A program made the position numbers and the translations under genes. Below are positions 9,578 through 18,816 of a stretch of DNA of 64,000 nucleotides, piece by piece. The notes under the pieces were generated by a model. It saw only the letters and a list, made by a program, of their open reading frames with translations, was not told the origin of the DNA and did not search any database. Position 1 is the stretch's first letter. The number at the start of each line of letters is the position of its first letter. The stretch comes from Candidatus Spyradenecus sp. (lineage in GTDB: Bacteria > Verrucomicrobiota > Verrucomicrobiia > Opitutales > UBA953), in NCBI GenBank assembly GCA_045535075.1, contig JAZSKX010000015.1, positions 1 through 64,000 on the forward strand. Direction: 5' to 3'.

Positions 9578-10588
9578 ATGAAACATTACGATAAAATTGT
9601 TTTTATTTTGGGTTTGATCGCTTGCCTTGCCGGAGTCGGTGTTTATTTCGGAGTAAAACCGGAAAATAAGGCGGAGCGGATGCCGAATCCGAAAGGTGAG
9701 GCGTTTGCCGAATGGAAAGATGACAAGACGTTTGCAAGTGCTCCCGTCCAATGGGAATCTCCGGTCCTCGATTTGGAAACCGGGTGGAATTATGACTTGT
9801 TTTCGACTCCGGAGACGACATGGTTGTCCGGCGAAAAAAAGTATATCGCCAAAGAATTGCCCGTTCCGCCTGAGGAGCCGTTCGGCTTAACGCTTGTTTC
9901 CGTTGAGAATCCGCTTTCTCGCTTGCGTGTCGCAACCTGTTCCTCGGATGTGCCGCCGCGCAGGATTAAAAATCCGGACGGGAAGGGATCGTCATTTAAC
10001 ACTTTCGTGAAGTTCGCAGATCCGAAAGGAGGAGAAGCCACCGTCGATTTTCGTAAAATTCCCGGAGTTAAAATGTCCAAGGAAGAAATTGACGGCCGAA
10101 CAATTATTTCGTTGACGCCGCGTCGTCCCGCAGAAATTGCCGGACAGAATGTTGCGCTGAAAGATTTTAAAATTGTTCGAGGCGAAAGCGAAAGCGGCGA
10201 CGGAACGTTTTACACGAAATACATGGCGACATTCGTCGACCATGACGACAAGGACAAGACATTTCGCGCTCTTGAGGAGTTTGTCCGTGATAGTTCCCGC
10301 GTGGAAGCCATACTTCGTGACGAGTTTTCTTCCCGCGAGTGGCGTTACCGAGAAACGCTCGTTCCCGGGGCGGAAAAGCCTGAAATTGAGATAATGACGC
10401 GTGAGTCTTCCGTGGAACCGTGGACTGCGCTCGGGAATGAACCGTCGTTCCAGGTGGGAAATGCAACTTATTTTGTCAAAATAGTTGACATTTCCGCTCA
10501 ACAGGCAACAATAACCAAACAATCGGAGTCTAACGGCAAATCAAAGCGCCCCAAGGTTCGCCAGGTTGTTTTAGACCTCGTAAGATAA
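9578..10588 (+). CDS. Membrane-anchored pilus-system protein (Amuc_1099-like)
   Basis: MKHYDKIV plus TM helix, YDLFSTP; lies between the PilO-like gene and the secretin. Confidence 0.5.
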   Translation: MKHYDKIVFILGLIACLAGVGVYFGVKPENKAERMPNPKGEAFAEWKDDKTFASAPVQWESPVLDLETGWNYDLFSTPETTWLSGEKKYIAKELPVPPEEPFGLTLVSVENPLSRLRVATCSSDVPPRRIKNPDGKGSSFNTFVKFADPKGGEATVDFRKIPGVKMSKEEIDGRTIISLTPRRPAEIAGQNVALKDFKIVRGESESGDGTFYTKYMATFVDHDDKDKTFRALEEFVRDSSRVEAILRDEFSSREWRYRETLVPGAEKPEIEIMTRESSVEPWTALGNEPSFQVGNATYFVKIVDISAQQATITKQSESNGKSKRPKVRQVVLDLVR

Positions 10589-10653
10589 TTTAACCCAATA
10601 TTTTCACCCAGACCCCAGCTCTGAAATAACCACTTAACTCGAATTGGCCCCGC

Positions 10654-13608
10654 ATGAAAAACCAGTTGCGCATCCAGAAAATCATTTCCTCAGCTTTCAT
10701 TACGACTGCCCTCGCAGGCGCGGTCGTCGCGTCTCCGAGCGCGTTTGCGGAAGGTGAGGACAACGATCAACTCAAAGCCAAGCTTTATCTTGAAGCGGAA
10801 AGCGCTGCCTCAGAGCAGAAACTCGATGTTGCCGTTGAAAAATATCGTGCCTTCCTGAAGCTTGATCCCAACAACGAAGAAGCCAAGGAACGTCTTGCCG
10901 AAGTGGAACTCAAACTCCGCGACAGCGTTTCCGAAGCAAGCGCGGGAACGAGCGGCGCTCCGAAAAACGAATTTGAACGTATTATTCAGCAACGTAACGC
11001 GATTTATCGCGAAGCGGACGGTGCGATTGAAGAAGCTCGCTTCTTGGCTCCCACGGATCCGGAACGCGCGCTTCGCCTCTTGGGCGAAATCCAAAGCGCT
11101 CTTCCGAATACGCCGGCATCGCGCCCGTATTTCGACAGAATTACGCTTGTTCGCCAGGAAGCGCAGGTGGCTCTCACGAATCTTGACCCGGATACGATTG
11201 CCGAACAAATGACCGTCGCCGAACGTGAAGCAATTCGTGAAGGAACGCTTGCCGCACGGCGTTCGCTTTCCCGTGCACAGGAAGAACGTTCCCGCCATCT
11301 GCTTCAGGAAGCGCTTAAGTCGTTGGATGAAGCGAAGCTGCTTCTTCCGAATGTTTCCTCAACGACGGAAATCGCGAAAGAAATTGATGAAGAGCGTGCG
11401 CTCGTTTATGCCGGATACTTCTTTGATATGGTTGAACGCCGCTCTGCGGTTGAAGCTGCTTCTTACCTGAAGATGGTTCAGGACTTGATCGGTTCGGAGC
11501 ATAAGATCGCCAAGCAACTCAATGCTTTTTATCAGGAATGGCGCAATACCGCCGATGCTCAGAATCCGGAAACTTTGAATCCCGGCGCGATTCGCTCACA
11601 GAAAGAATGCCAGGAAGCGCTTCTTCGCGGGAAGGCTCAATATCGCTATGGTGATTATCTGAGTGCGCTTGAAAGCTATCAGAAGGCTCTGCTTCACATG
11701 CCGGACAACGCAGAAGCCAAAGCGATGCAGATTCGTATCCGCAAAATTCTTGCAAATTCCGGAAGCTATAACCATGAGTTGACGCGCGAAACGATGTTCG
11801 CGGACGTGAACGAAAAATGGAAACTCGCGATGCCGTTTACCGCGGTTGCGGCAGTTGATGAATCGGAAGAAAAAACGAATCCGGTTGAAGCGAAAATGTC
11901 GCGCATCAATATTCCGGTTACATTGCGCGATGCTCCCTTGCAACGTGCAATTGATACGATTGCTGAACTTTCCGTTATTAACGACCCGGTCGGGCGCGGG
12001 ATTGATATTGTTTTGATTGACCCGGAAAACAAAAACCCGCTTGTCAATCTTCAGATGAAGAGCCAGCCGATGGACAAGGTGCTGAAGATGATGCTTAGCA
12101 CGGTCGGCTATCGCTATGACGTAAACAAGGACGGAATCGTTGAGGTTACGCCGAATATCGGTTCTGCCGGACTCGATCAGGAAGAATTCACGGTTTCTCC
12201 GAAGGTGGTTGCCCGCATGGCAGGGAAGAAAAATGCGGCAAGCGGCGGCGGAAGCGTTTTCGGTTCCTCCGGAGAAGAAGTTTCTGAAGAAAACGGAGAA
12301 GAGCTTGGAATTAAAAACTTCTTGGCACGCGCAGGCGTGAGTTGGGAAGGAGATCGCTCCCTCGTTTATGATGCGACGTCCAACTTGCTTATCGTCACTC
12401 AAGATCGCAAAGGAATGGACCGTATTCGCAACATTCTCCGTAGCTTGAGCACCGCGGAAACGAAGCAGGTTAATATCGAAGCGAAGTTTATCGAAGTCAA
12501 TAGCACCGTTTTGAACCAAGTTGTTACGAACTGGGCTCTTACGCGCGGTGAAGGCAATGAAATGTTCACGCGTGCAACGACGAATAATCGCACGGTTGCG
12601 GGAGCGCATGCTACGATTTCCGAAGATTCTAAAACGCTTATTTATACGCCTCCGACGGAAGAATATACCGATGAAGACGGTATCTTCCATCCGGGTAAAG
12701 ATGCATCGGAAAAGGAATTTGCGCAGAAACCGCCGCAGGTAACACGTCAGCCGAATTACGGTATTGACGCGCTCCCGACCTTTACCGGTGTTATCGGGAC
12801 TGTCGGGAATTATGATCTCCGCCTTATCTTGAACGCGCTCAGCGCTCGTGACGGAACGGATTTGATGGCTGCTCCGAGTTTGACGGTCCAATCCGAAATG
12901 GAAGCAACAATCAAAATCGTTCAGTTGCTCCGTTGGCCGCAGTCCTATGACGACATGGAAATTTCCGTCAGCGGGAACAATAACAACAACGACGATAACA
13001 ATAATAACGGTGGCTACGGGAACGCGTCCGTCGGTATTACTCCGGGAACGCCGCAGTTTGACGAAGAGGCAACCGAAGTCGGTATCCAAATGCGCGTTCT
13101 CCCGCGCGTAAACAACACCGAAAAATCCATTACGCTTGAACTTTCTCCGGAAATTAAAGAATTCGAAGGCTTTATCGAATACGGAGGAACGGCGGTTGCA
13201 ATCGCCGGCGGAATCGTGGTTACGACTCCGGCAGGCTTCTTCCAGCCAGTCTTTAATCTTCGCCAAGTTTCTACGACGGTTGAAGTTTACGACGGCGGCA
13301 CGATCGTTATCGGTGGTTTGACGCGTGAAGAAATTCGTACGGTCAATGACAAAGTGCCGGTTCTTGGCGACCTTCCGCTCATCGGCTCGGCTTTCCGTTC
13401 GACAGGAAAATCCATCACGAAGAAAAATCTTCTCATCTTTGTCACCGCGAACCTCATGGCGCGTGGCGGAGGAACCGAAGACGGTCTCTTCAAGGGCGTT
13501 CAAACGGGAGCGACGTATTCGAATCCGAGTTTGTTTATTTCTTCCGGACCGATTTATCGCGACTATGATGTTGCGCCGACGGCGGATGAAAATTCTGGAC
13601 TTGAATAA
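10654..13608 (+). CDS. TPR-containing secretin (PilQ/GspD family, Amuc_1098-like)
   Basis: QVNIEAKFIEV, APSLTV, EVGIQMRVLPRV, DGGTIVIGGL, DKVPVLGDLPLIGSAFRS, NLLIFVTA. Confidence 0.93.
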   Translation: MKNQLRIQKIISSAFITTALAGAVVASPSAFAEGEDNDQLKAKLYLEAESAASEQKLDVAVEKYRAFLKLDPNNEEAKERLAEVELKLRDSVSEASAGTSGAPKNEFERIIQQRNAIYREADGAIEEARFLAPTDPERALRLLGEIQSALPNTPASRPYFDRITLVRQEAQVALTNLDPDTIAEQMTVAEREAIREGTLAARRSLSRAQEERSRHLLQEALKSLDEAKLLLPNVSSTTEIAKEIDEERALVYAGYFFDMVERRSAVEAASYLKMVQDLIGSEHKIAKQLNAFYQEWRNTADAQNPETLNPGAIRSQKECQEALLRGKAQYRYGDYLSALESYQKALLHMPDNAEAKAMQIRIRKILANSGSYNHELTRETMFADVNEKWKLAMPFTAVAAVDESEEKTNPVEAKMSRINIPVTLRDAPLQRAIDTIAELSVINDPVGRGIDIVLIDPENKNPLVNLQMKSQPMDKVLKMMLSTVGYRYDVNKDGIVEVTPNIGSAGLDQEEFTVSPKVVARMAGKKNAASGGGSVFGSSGEEVSEENGEELGIKNFLARAGVSWEGDRSLVYDATSNLLIVTQDRKGMDRIRNILRSLSTAETKQVNIEAKFIEVNSTVLNQVVTNWALTRGEGNEMFTRATTNNRTVAGAHATISEDSKTLIYTPPTEEYTDEDGIFHPGKDASEKEFAQKPPQVTRQPNYGIDALPTFTGVIGTVGNYDLRLILNALSARDGTDLMAAPSLTVQSEMEATIKIVQLLRWPQSYDDMEISVSGNNNNNDDNNNNGGYGNASVGITPGTPQFDEEATEVGIQMRVLPRVNNTEKSITLELSPEIKEFEGFIEYGGTAVAIAGGIVVTTPAGFFQPVFNLRQVSTTVEVYDGGTIVIGGLTREEIRTVNDKVPVLGDLPLIGSAFRSTGKSITKKNLLIFVTANLMARGGGTEDGLFKGVQTGATYSNPSLFISSGPIYRDYDVAPTADENSGLE

Positions 13609-13623
13609 ACCAAGACTCTTCGG

Positions 13624-13659
13624 AAAAAAGGCGAACGGTTTGCGTTCGCCTTTTTTTTT
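13624..13659 (+). terminator. Intrinsic terminator
   Basis: aaaaaaggcgaac...gttcgcc followed by T9. Confidence 0.85.
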
Positions 13660-13745
13660 GCCTTTAAAATTCTTAAATTCGCTTGAATGAAATTTTGGTT
13701 GAGCGTATAGTCGATCTTGAGTTTTATCATTCGATCATAACACAT

Positions 13746-14618
13746 ATGAAAATCAAAAATACCTTATCCGTACTCGCTGCAATTTTGGCATCTTCTGTTA
13801 TTGGTTTTTCGGAAGAATCCGCTCCCGCAACGAATGAAGTCGTTGAAGAGAAGAAACTCGACTACATCGAACAAAACGGAACGAAATTTCTCCACGTCTC
13901 GACACTCTCGACTGTTGAGGCAAACCGGGAGTTTATGCGTAATGTTCAGGTCATTGCGCAGTTGCGTCAGACGTTGATTCGACTCGGCGAACATCGAAAA
14001 ATCGCCTTTACTGAAGAAGAACGTAAAGTAACCGACGAAAAGATTAAAGAACTGACGGAGCAGTTAAACACGGGAGATCAGACGATGGCGAAGAGCTACG
14101 GTTACTCCCTTTCGCGTGATTATATCCACGTTCCCGTCGTTACCTACGTTTATCTGAAACTGACGGAAGAAGAGTACGCCAAAATGAAGGAAGAGGAAAA
14201 AGATCTTAAAGTCGGAGAAGATTTCCTCGTGAGAGATGACGACAAATATCGTCGTGTTGCCCAAATCACGAACGAGCAGGGGAATGCCGAATTCCGTCGT
14301 AATGTCCAAAGCATGATGAATTGGCGTAACCAGCTCCGTCAGATGGACGAAGTCATCAAGAAAATGCCGGAGGGCGAAGAAAAGGAAAAAGCGAAAACGC
14401 AGTTTTCCGAAAACGAAAAGCAGCTGATTGAAGCCAATGAAAAAATGGTGAAAGCCTACGGCTATTCGATTGCCCGCGATTACTATATGGAAGTCGTGAA
14501 GTCGAAACTCTATACGAAAGTGACGGAAGAGGAATTTTTGCGTGCCGAAGCTCAAAAAGCGCTTGAGGACGAAGCTGACGCTCCCGCTAAAACGGTTTCT
14601 GAAGAAGAAGCAAAATAA
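13746..14618 (+). CDS. Hypothetical secreted protein with internal duplication
   Basis: Signal peptide; two copies of N-x-x-F-x-x-NVQ...YGYS[LI]xRDY...K[LV]TEEE; paralog of the next gene. Confidence 0.8.
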   Translation: MKIKNTLSVLAAILASSVIGFSEESAPATNEVVEEKKLDYIEQNGTKFLHVSTLSTVEANREFMRNVQVIAQLRQTLIRLGEHRKIAFTEEERKVTDEKIKELTEQLNTGDQTMAKSYGYSLSRDYIHVPVVTYVYLKLTEEEYAKMKEEEKDLKVGEDFLVRDDDKYRRVAQITNEQGNAEFRRNVQSMMNWRNQLRQMDEVIKKMPEGEEKEKAKTQFSENEKQLIEANEKMVKAYGYSIARDYYMEVVKSKLYTKVTEEEFLRAEAQKALEDEADAPAKTVSEEEAK

Positions 14619-14648
14619 TTTTTATTAACCTTAAATATAAAACCTATT

Positions 14649-15380
14649 ATGGCAGAAAATACAGGACTCGATTTTATCGAGCAGAACGGACAGAAGTTCA
14701 TTCACGTTTCCACGATTAACACTGTCGAAGCGAATACGCAGTTTGTTCAAAATGTTCAGGTCGTTCAACGCCAACGTCAGGCTGTGATTGAATTGAATCA
14801 GCGCGCAAAGACGGCGCTTACGGACGCAGAACGCACGGCGGCTCTCGAAAAGAGCAAGGAAATCGTCGCAAAGCTTGAAGAAAACAACCAGGCGATGGCA
14901 CGCGCGTACGGATATTCTTTGGCGCGTGATTATCTGCATCAGATTCTCAAAACGCGTATCTTCCTTAAGCTTACGGATGCGGAGTACGCCGCCGCCAAAG
15001 ATGATGCCTCCGTTCCCGCAGAGCAGCTCTTGGTTAAGGGCGATGATAAATTCCGCCTTATTGCGGAAATTCCGGGCGCAGAAGCGAATCAGCAATTCCG
15101 CCACAACGTTCAGGTAATGCACAACCTGCGTCAGCAACTGGTCGCCCTCAACGAATCCATCAAGAAAATGCCGGAAAGCGAAGAAAAGAACAAGGCATTG
15201 GAAAACGTTAAGACCGCAGAAGAGAACCTGATTAAAAATAACGATCTGATGATCAAACAATACGGTTTTTCGCTTGCGCGCGATTATCTGATGGAAATCG
15301 TCGAATCGAAGCTCTACACGAAGGTCAACGAGGAAGAATTCCTCAATGCCCAAAAGAAAGCTTCGGAAACGGCGGCTTAA
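14649..15380 (+). CDS. Hypothetical protein without signal peptide, paralog of the upstream gene
   Basis: LDFIEQNGQKFIHVST versus LDYIEQNGTKFLHVST; same two-repeat architecture. Confidence 0.8.
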   Translation: MAENTGLDFIEQNGQKFIHVSTINTVEANTQFVQNVQVVQRQRQAVIELNQRAKTALTDAERTAALEKSKEIVAKLEENNQAMARAYGYSLARDYLHQILKTRIFLKLTDAEYAAAKDDASVPAEQLLVKGDDKFRLIAEIPGAEANQQFRHNVQVMHNLRQQLVALNESIKKMPESEEKNKALENVKTAEENLIKNNDLMIKQYGFSLARDYLMEIVESKLYTKVNEEEFLNAQKKASETAA

Positions 15381-15402
15381 TAAGGAATTTCCCTTTTACG
15401 AG

Positions 15403-15432
15403 AACGCTCCCGTGTTGCGCGGGAGCGTTTTT
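15403..15432 (+). terminator. Intrinsic terminator
   Basis: aacgctcccg/cgggagcgtt stem followed by Ts. Confidence 0.8.
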
Positions 15433-15462
15433 GTGTCTTGGCGCAACGCTAAATGTTTCATA

Positions 15463-15583
15463 TTTACTCCGATTTTCTCGCTAGCAATCTGAGAGGAGCA
15501 AGGCGTTGCTCCGTGCAGAAATTACTTTAATCGGAGTTGTTTTTTTGATCCCGGTTTACGCGTTCCCGTAATTAATTTTGCGG
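15463..15583 (-). repeat. Dispersed ~120-bp structured repeat, copy A
   Basis: Its reverse complement aligns by eye with 22555-22681; internal inverted repeat actccgatt/aatcggagt. Confidence 0.75.
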
Positions 15584-15710
15584 GGATAATGAGCTTGCAG
15601 AGTTCACAAAGACAAATTTGAAGAGAAACTCACGGGAACGTTATTTCAGGTTTACTTTCCCGTGAACGCTCAAAGCTCAAACAGCGAAGACAGCCATTCC
15701 TCGCCCGCAA

Positions 15711-15747
15711 AAAAGCGCTCCCGCGAAATGAATTACGGGAACGCTTT
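15711..15747 (-). terminator. Probable terminator of the GH84 gene
   Basis: aaagcgctcccg...cgggaacgcttt with an A-run on the left. Confidence 0.6.
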
Positions 15748-15808
15748 AATGGAATTGCTTCGCAACTGCTTTTTATCTTCTTTCCATTGATATTGGAGCC
15801 AATCGATT

Positions 15809-18265
15809 TTATTTCGAGCGGATGATTTCGAAGATTGTTACGGGCTTTCCTTTTTCCGGATTGATTTGGATTGAACCGTCCGAGGCAAGTTTGACTCGTT
15901 CCGGATGAGACGAAAAAACATGCGTTTTTCGGAATCCTTTTTCCGGAGGCAGGGTTGCCGGGGCGGAAAATGTGTAACCGGAGCGCGGATCGCCGTCCGT
16001 CATCGCAGCACGGGAACTGACTTTCGCGTCTTGCGGAATATCGAATTTGAATTCTTCCAGTTTGATGCTCATCGGCTTTCCGGAGCCGTTGACATAGCGG
16101 AAGAAGCGAATCTTCTGTTTTAAATCCAAGCCGCGTTGAAGCTCTGCACCGTTGTTATTGGTCTTGAGTCGCGTCCAACTGATTCCGTCTTTTGAGACTT
16201 CCACAAAACCGTTTTTAGAGGCGTCAGGGTTATTTAATTTTAAGTGAATATAGGTTCCGTATATTCCTTCCGGAAGCTCAATGCCAACGTATTGCTTTGG
16301 GTTTAATGTAATCGGTTCGTACTTACGAACGCGTACATATTTCCCGTCACGCTGGGCAATATCCTTTTCCATTTGTTTTACATCGGAAATGACTTTAAAC
16401 ATTGATTCTTCCGTGCCCGCAGAAACGGTTTGCCCGCCTAGTTGCTTGTGAAGTTTCTTCCATTCCGTCAAGAAAACTTCATTGATGAACGGCATGACAA
16501 TGCGCTCGGCGACTTTACTCGGATTGCGATGCGGCGCACCGATTTTATCCGCATGAGCCGCCTGAGATTCCATCGTGTGTTCCCGCGACGCATAGAATTT
16601 TGCGGCTTTTGCTGCCAATTCTTCGCGCTTTTTCGGATCTGAACTTGTAATAAATTTTACGGTTGCGCCTCCGAGCTTTCCGGTTTCGCCGAGAGCGCGC
16701 ACCCAAAATTCGACTTCTTCCCAAAGCGCCGGATTGTCTTTCGGAATCACCTTGATGAGTTTTTTGCTGTCTTTGCTCATCTTTGCGAATTCCGCCATCA
16801 GCTTCGTTCCCGTGGCCTTGGAGAGCTTTCCGCTTTTCTTGTATTCCGCTAACGCAGCGTCAACGACGGGCTTAAAATCGACGGATTCTTCCCGACGGTA
16901 GCCGTGCCCGTTCGGGCCTTGGTCCGAACTGTGATTGGCAAGCGTCTGCATCGCTGAAGCATAGTGCGGGAACAGCTGTTTTACGCCGGCTTTCCACGAT
17001 TTTTCGGAATTAAAATCGTCAATATTCCAGCAATAATCGGCGACTCCGAAGAGTGCGATTTTCGATGCCTCCGGCTTGTCCATCGGATTGGAAACAAATC
17101 CGGAATATTTCCCCTTGTTTTCCTTTGCTAAGCCGTAAGTGCGTCCGAGCAAAAGCGCGCTCGCACAATAATCGACGACCGGCCAATTCCACCAAATATA
17201 CGGCGGGCGCTTGATGCGTTTCGACACCCAATCCACCGTGTCTTCCGTAATATCCGTACAAACGGAATTCCCCGTCCACATCACGCGAATACTCGGGTGA
17301 AGTTTGTCCCCGAGAATGTCCAAATAATCTCCGCCGGACCAGCTTTTGTTGTATTGGCTCGGGCACATGACAATCGGCGCAACGTCCTTTTTCTTGGAAA
17401 CAAAATTTTCGACGACGTAATTACAGACTTCTGCCTGCAAATCCGCATTGTGAACAAAAATATCGTCAAAAAACACGCCGAACGAGCGAACGCCGAGTGC
17501 GTACATTATTTCGAATTTTTCGACGAGCTTTTTCATGTTTTCGGCTGCGTTGTCCGGCTTCGTGATGATACTTCCGACGTGCGCCGCCCAAACGAAATCA
17601 ACGTGATTATCATGTGCCGCCTTGATCTGTTTTTTCAGAAGTTCCGCAGTTTCTTTCGGGTACGGTTCCCACCAGCGAGCATGGTGGTACGGATCGTCCT
17701 TCGGTCCGTAAATGTAAGTATTGATTTTGTATTTTCCGTAAAAATCAAACTGGCTGAGGCGCGCTTCCGGAGTCCAAGGTCTGCCGTAATAACCTTCAAC
17801 CACGCCGCGATGAAGCACATCCGGCCAGTCGAGCACGCTTCCGCATGTCAATTTCCCGTCCGCTTCAATCATTCTAGCGAGCGTTTGAATCGCGTAAAAT
17901 TCTCCCGTCGCATCCGCCGCGCTGACGGTAATCGCTTTGGGGGAAATCGACAAAAAATACGCGCCCGAACGCGGTTCGATTTTTTCCGCGTTGAGCATTT
18001 TTTTCAACATCTCGCCGTCTTTCTCGACGTTAATTGCGATGTTCCCGCCGGGAGTCAGTTTCTTTTCCTTAAAAACCGTTGCGAGCGGAGCGTATTTTCG
18101 AAGTGCTCCGGCGGAAAGCATCTTGGCGTCAATGCTTTGAGAAGCGTTTTCCTTCACAACTTGAGGAACCGGAAAAATATTTTTTGCCGAAGCCGCATTG
18201 GAAAGCGGAACTGCAAAAGCCGAAAGAGAAAGTGCAAAAATGAAAGGGAGTTTCGGGGATTTCAT
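15809..18265 (-). CDS. GH84 beta-N-acetylglucosaminidase (O-GlcNAcase/hyaluronidase-like)
   Basis: Signal peptide, IFPVPQ, RGVVEGYYGRPW, YIYGPKDDPYH, FFDDI, WWNWPVVDY, SNPM. Confidence 0.92.
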   Translation of the reverse strand: MKSPKLPFIFALSLSAFAVPLSNAASAKNIFPVPQVVKENASQSIDAKMLSAGALRKYAPLATVFKEKKLTPGGNIAINVEKDGEMLKKMLNAEKIEPRSGAYFLSISPKAITVSAADATGEFYAIQTLARMIEADGKLTCGSVLDWPDVLHRGVVEGYYGRPWTPEARLSQFDFYGKYKINTYIYGPKDDPYHHARWWEPYPKETAELLKKQIKAAHDNHVDFVWAAHVGSIITKPDNAAENMKKLVEKFEIMYALGVRSFGVFFDDIFVHNADLQAEVCNYVVENFVSKKKDVAPIVMCPSQYNKSWSGGDYLDILGDKLHPSIRVMWTGNSVCTDITEDTVDWVSKRIKRPPYIWWNWPVVDYCASALLLGRTYGLAKENKGKYSGFVSNPMDKPEASKIALFGVADYCWNIDDFNSEKSWKAGVKQLFPHYASAMQTLANHSSDQGPNGHGYRREESVDFKPVVDAALAEYKKSGKLSKATGTKLMAEFAKMSKDSKKLIKVIPKDNPALWEEVEFWVRALGETGKLGGATVKFITSSDPKKREELAAKAAKFYASREHTMESQAAHADKIGAPHRNPSKVAERIVMPFINEVFLTEWKKLHKQLGGQTVSAGTEESMFKVISDVKQMEKDIAQRDGKYVRVRKYEPITLNPKQYVGIELPEGIYGTYIHLKLNNPDASKNGFVEVSKDGISWTRLKTNNNGAELQRGLDLKQKIRFFRYVNGSGKPMSIKLEEFKFDIPQDAKVSSRAAMTDGDPRSGYTFSAPATLPPEKGFRKTHVFSSHPERVKLASDGSIQINPEKGKPVTIFEIIRSK

Positions 18266-18381
18266 GTAAAGCATTGAAGCGTTCCCGCCCCGAAACGTCA
18301 AAAGAAAAGCCCTGCGTCCTTCGGAGTTTTCCGCGCAAAAATAGATTGCGGGAACAGGCTTCGAAAAGCATAGTTTTCAGC

Positions 18382-18675
18382 ATGGAATTGATTCGCCCCA
18401 TTCTCGGTCTCCCAACCGGTATGACGATTCTGATCGTCATCGTCGTCATTCTTCTGCTTTTCGGCGGAAGCAAAATCCCGGAACTCGCACGCGGCATTGC
18501 GCGGGCGCGTAAGGAATTCAAAAAAGCCAGCGACGAAGTCGAGCGAGAATTCGCACAAAAAGAAGAAGACGAAATGCGCACCGAGGTCCGCCGCAAAATC
18601 ATCGAAGAGGAAGAACGCGCTAAGATTCGTGCGCGCCTTGAAGCCGAAGAGCGCGAAAAGCTCGAAAAAAAATAA
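18382..18675 (+). CDS. tatA: Twin-arginine translocase TatA/E subunit
   Basis: ILLLFGGSKIPELARGIARARKEFKKA. Confidence 0.9.
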   Translation: MELIRPILGLPTGMTILIVIVVILLLFGGSKIPELARGIARARKEFKKASDEVEREFAQKEEDEMRTEVRRKIIEEEERAKIRARLEAEEREKLEKK

Positions 18676-18816
18676 ACCGGCAGGCAACCGGCGTTTGCCT
18701 GCGCGGACGGGAACGCTTGGCGGCCGTTTTTTATTTTCGCCCGGAACGGGATTCTCGCATTTGATTTATTCGCGCAAACCTTTTTCGTTAGCCTTTTTCG
18801 ACAATCATAAAACGTT

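Noticed and set aside
12976..13010. AAC/AAT-rich tract encoding NNNNNDDNNNN in the secretin
   Set aside because: Imperfect in-frame low-complexity loop; no evidence of a frameshifting contingency locus.
6704..13503. Long antisense ORFs (6704-8362, 11596-13503; also 26458-28188, 34600-35823, 43027-44667)
   Set aside because: They are shadows of well-supported genes on the opposite strand and carry no recognisable motifs.
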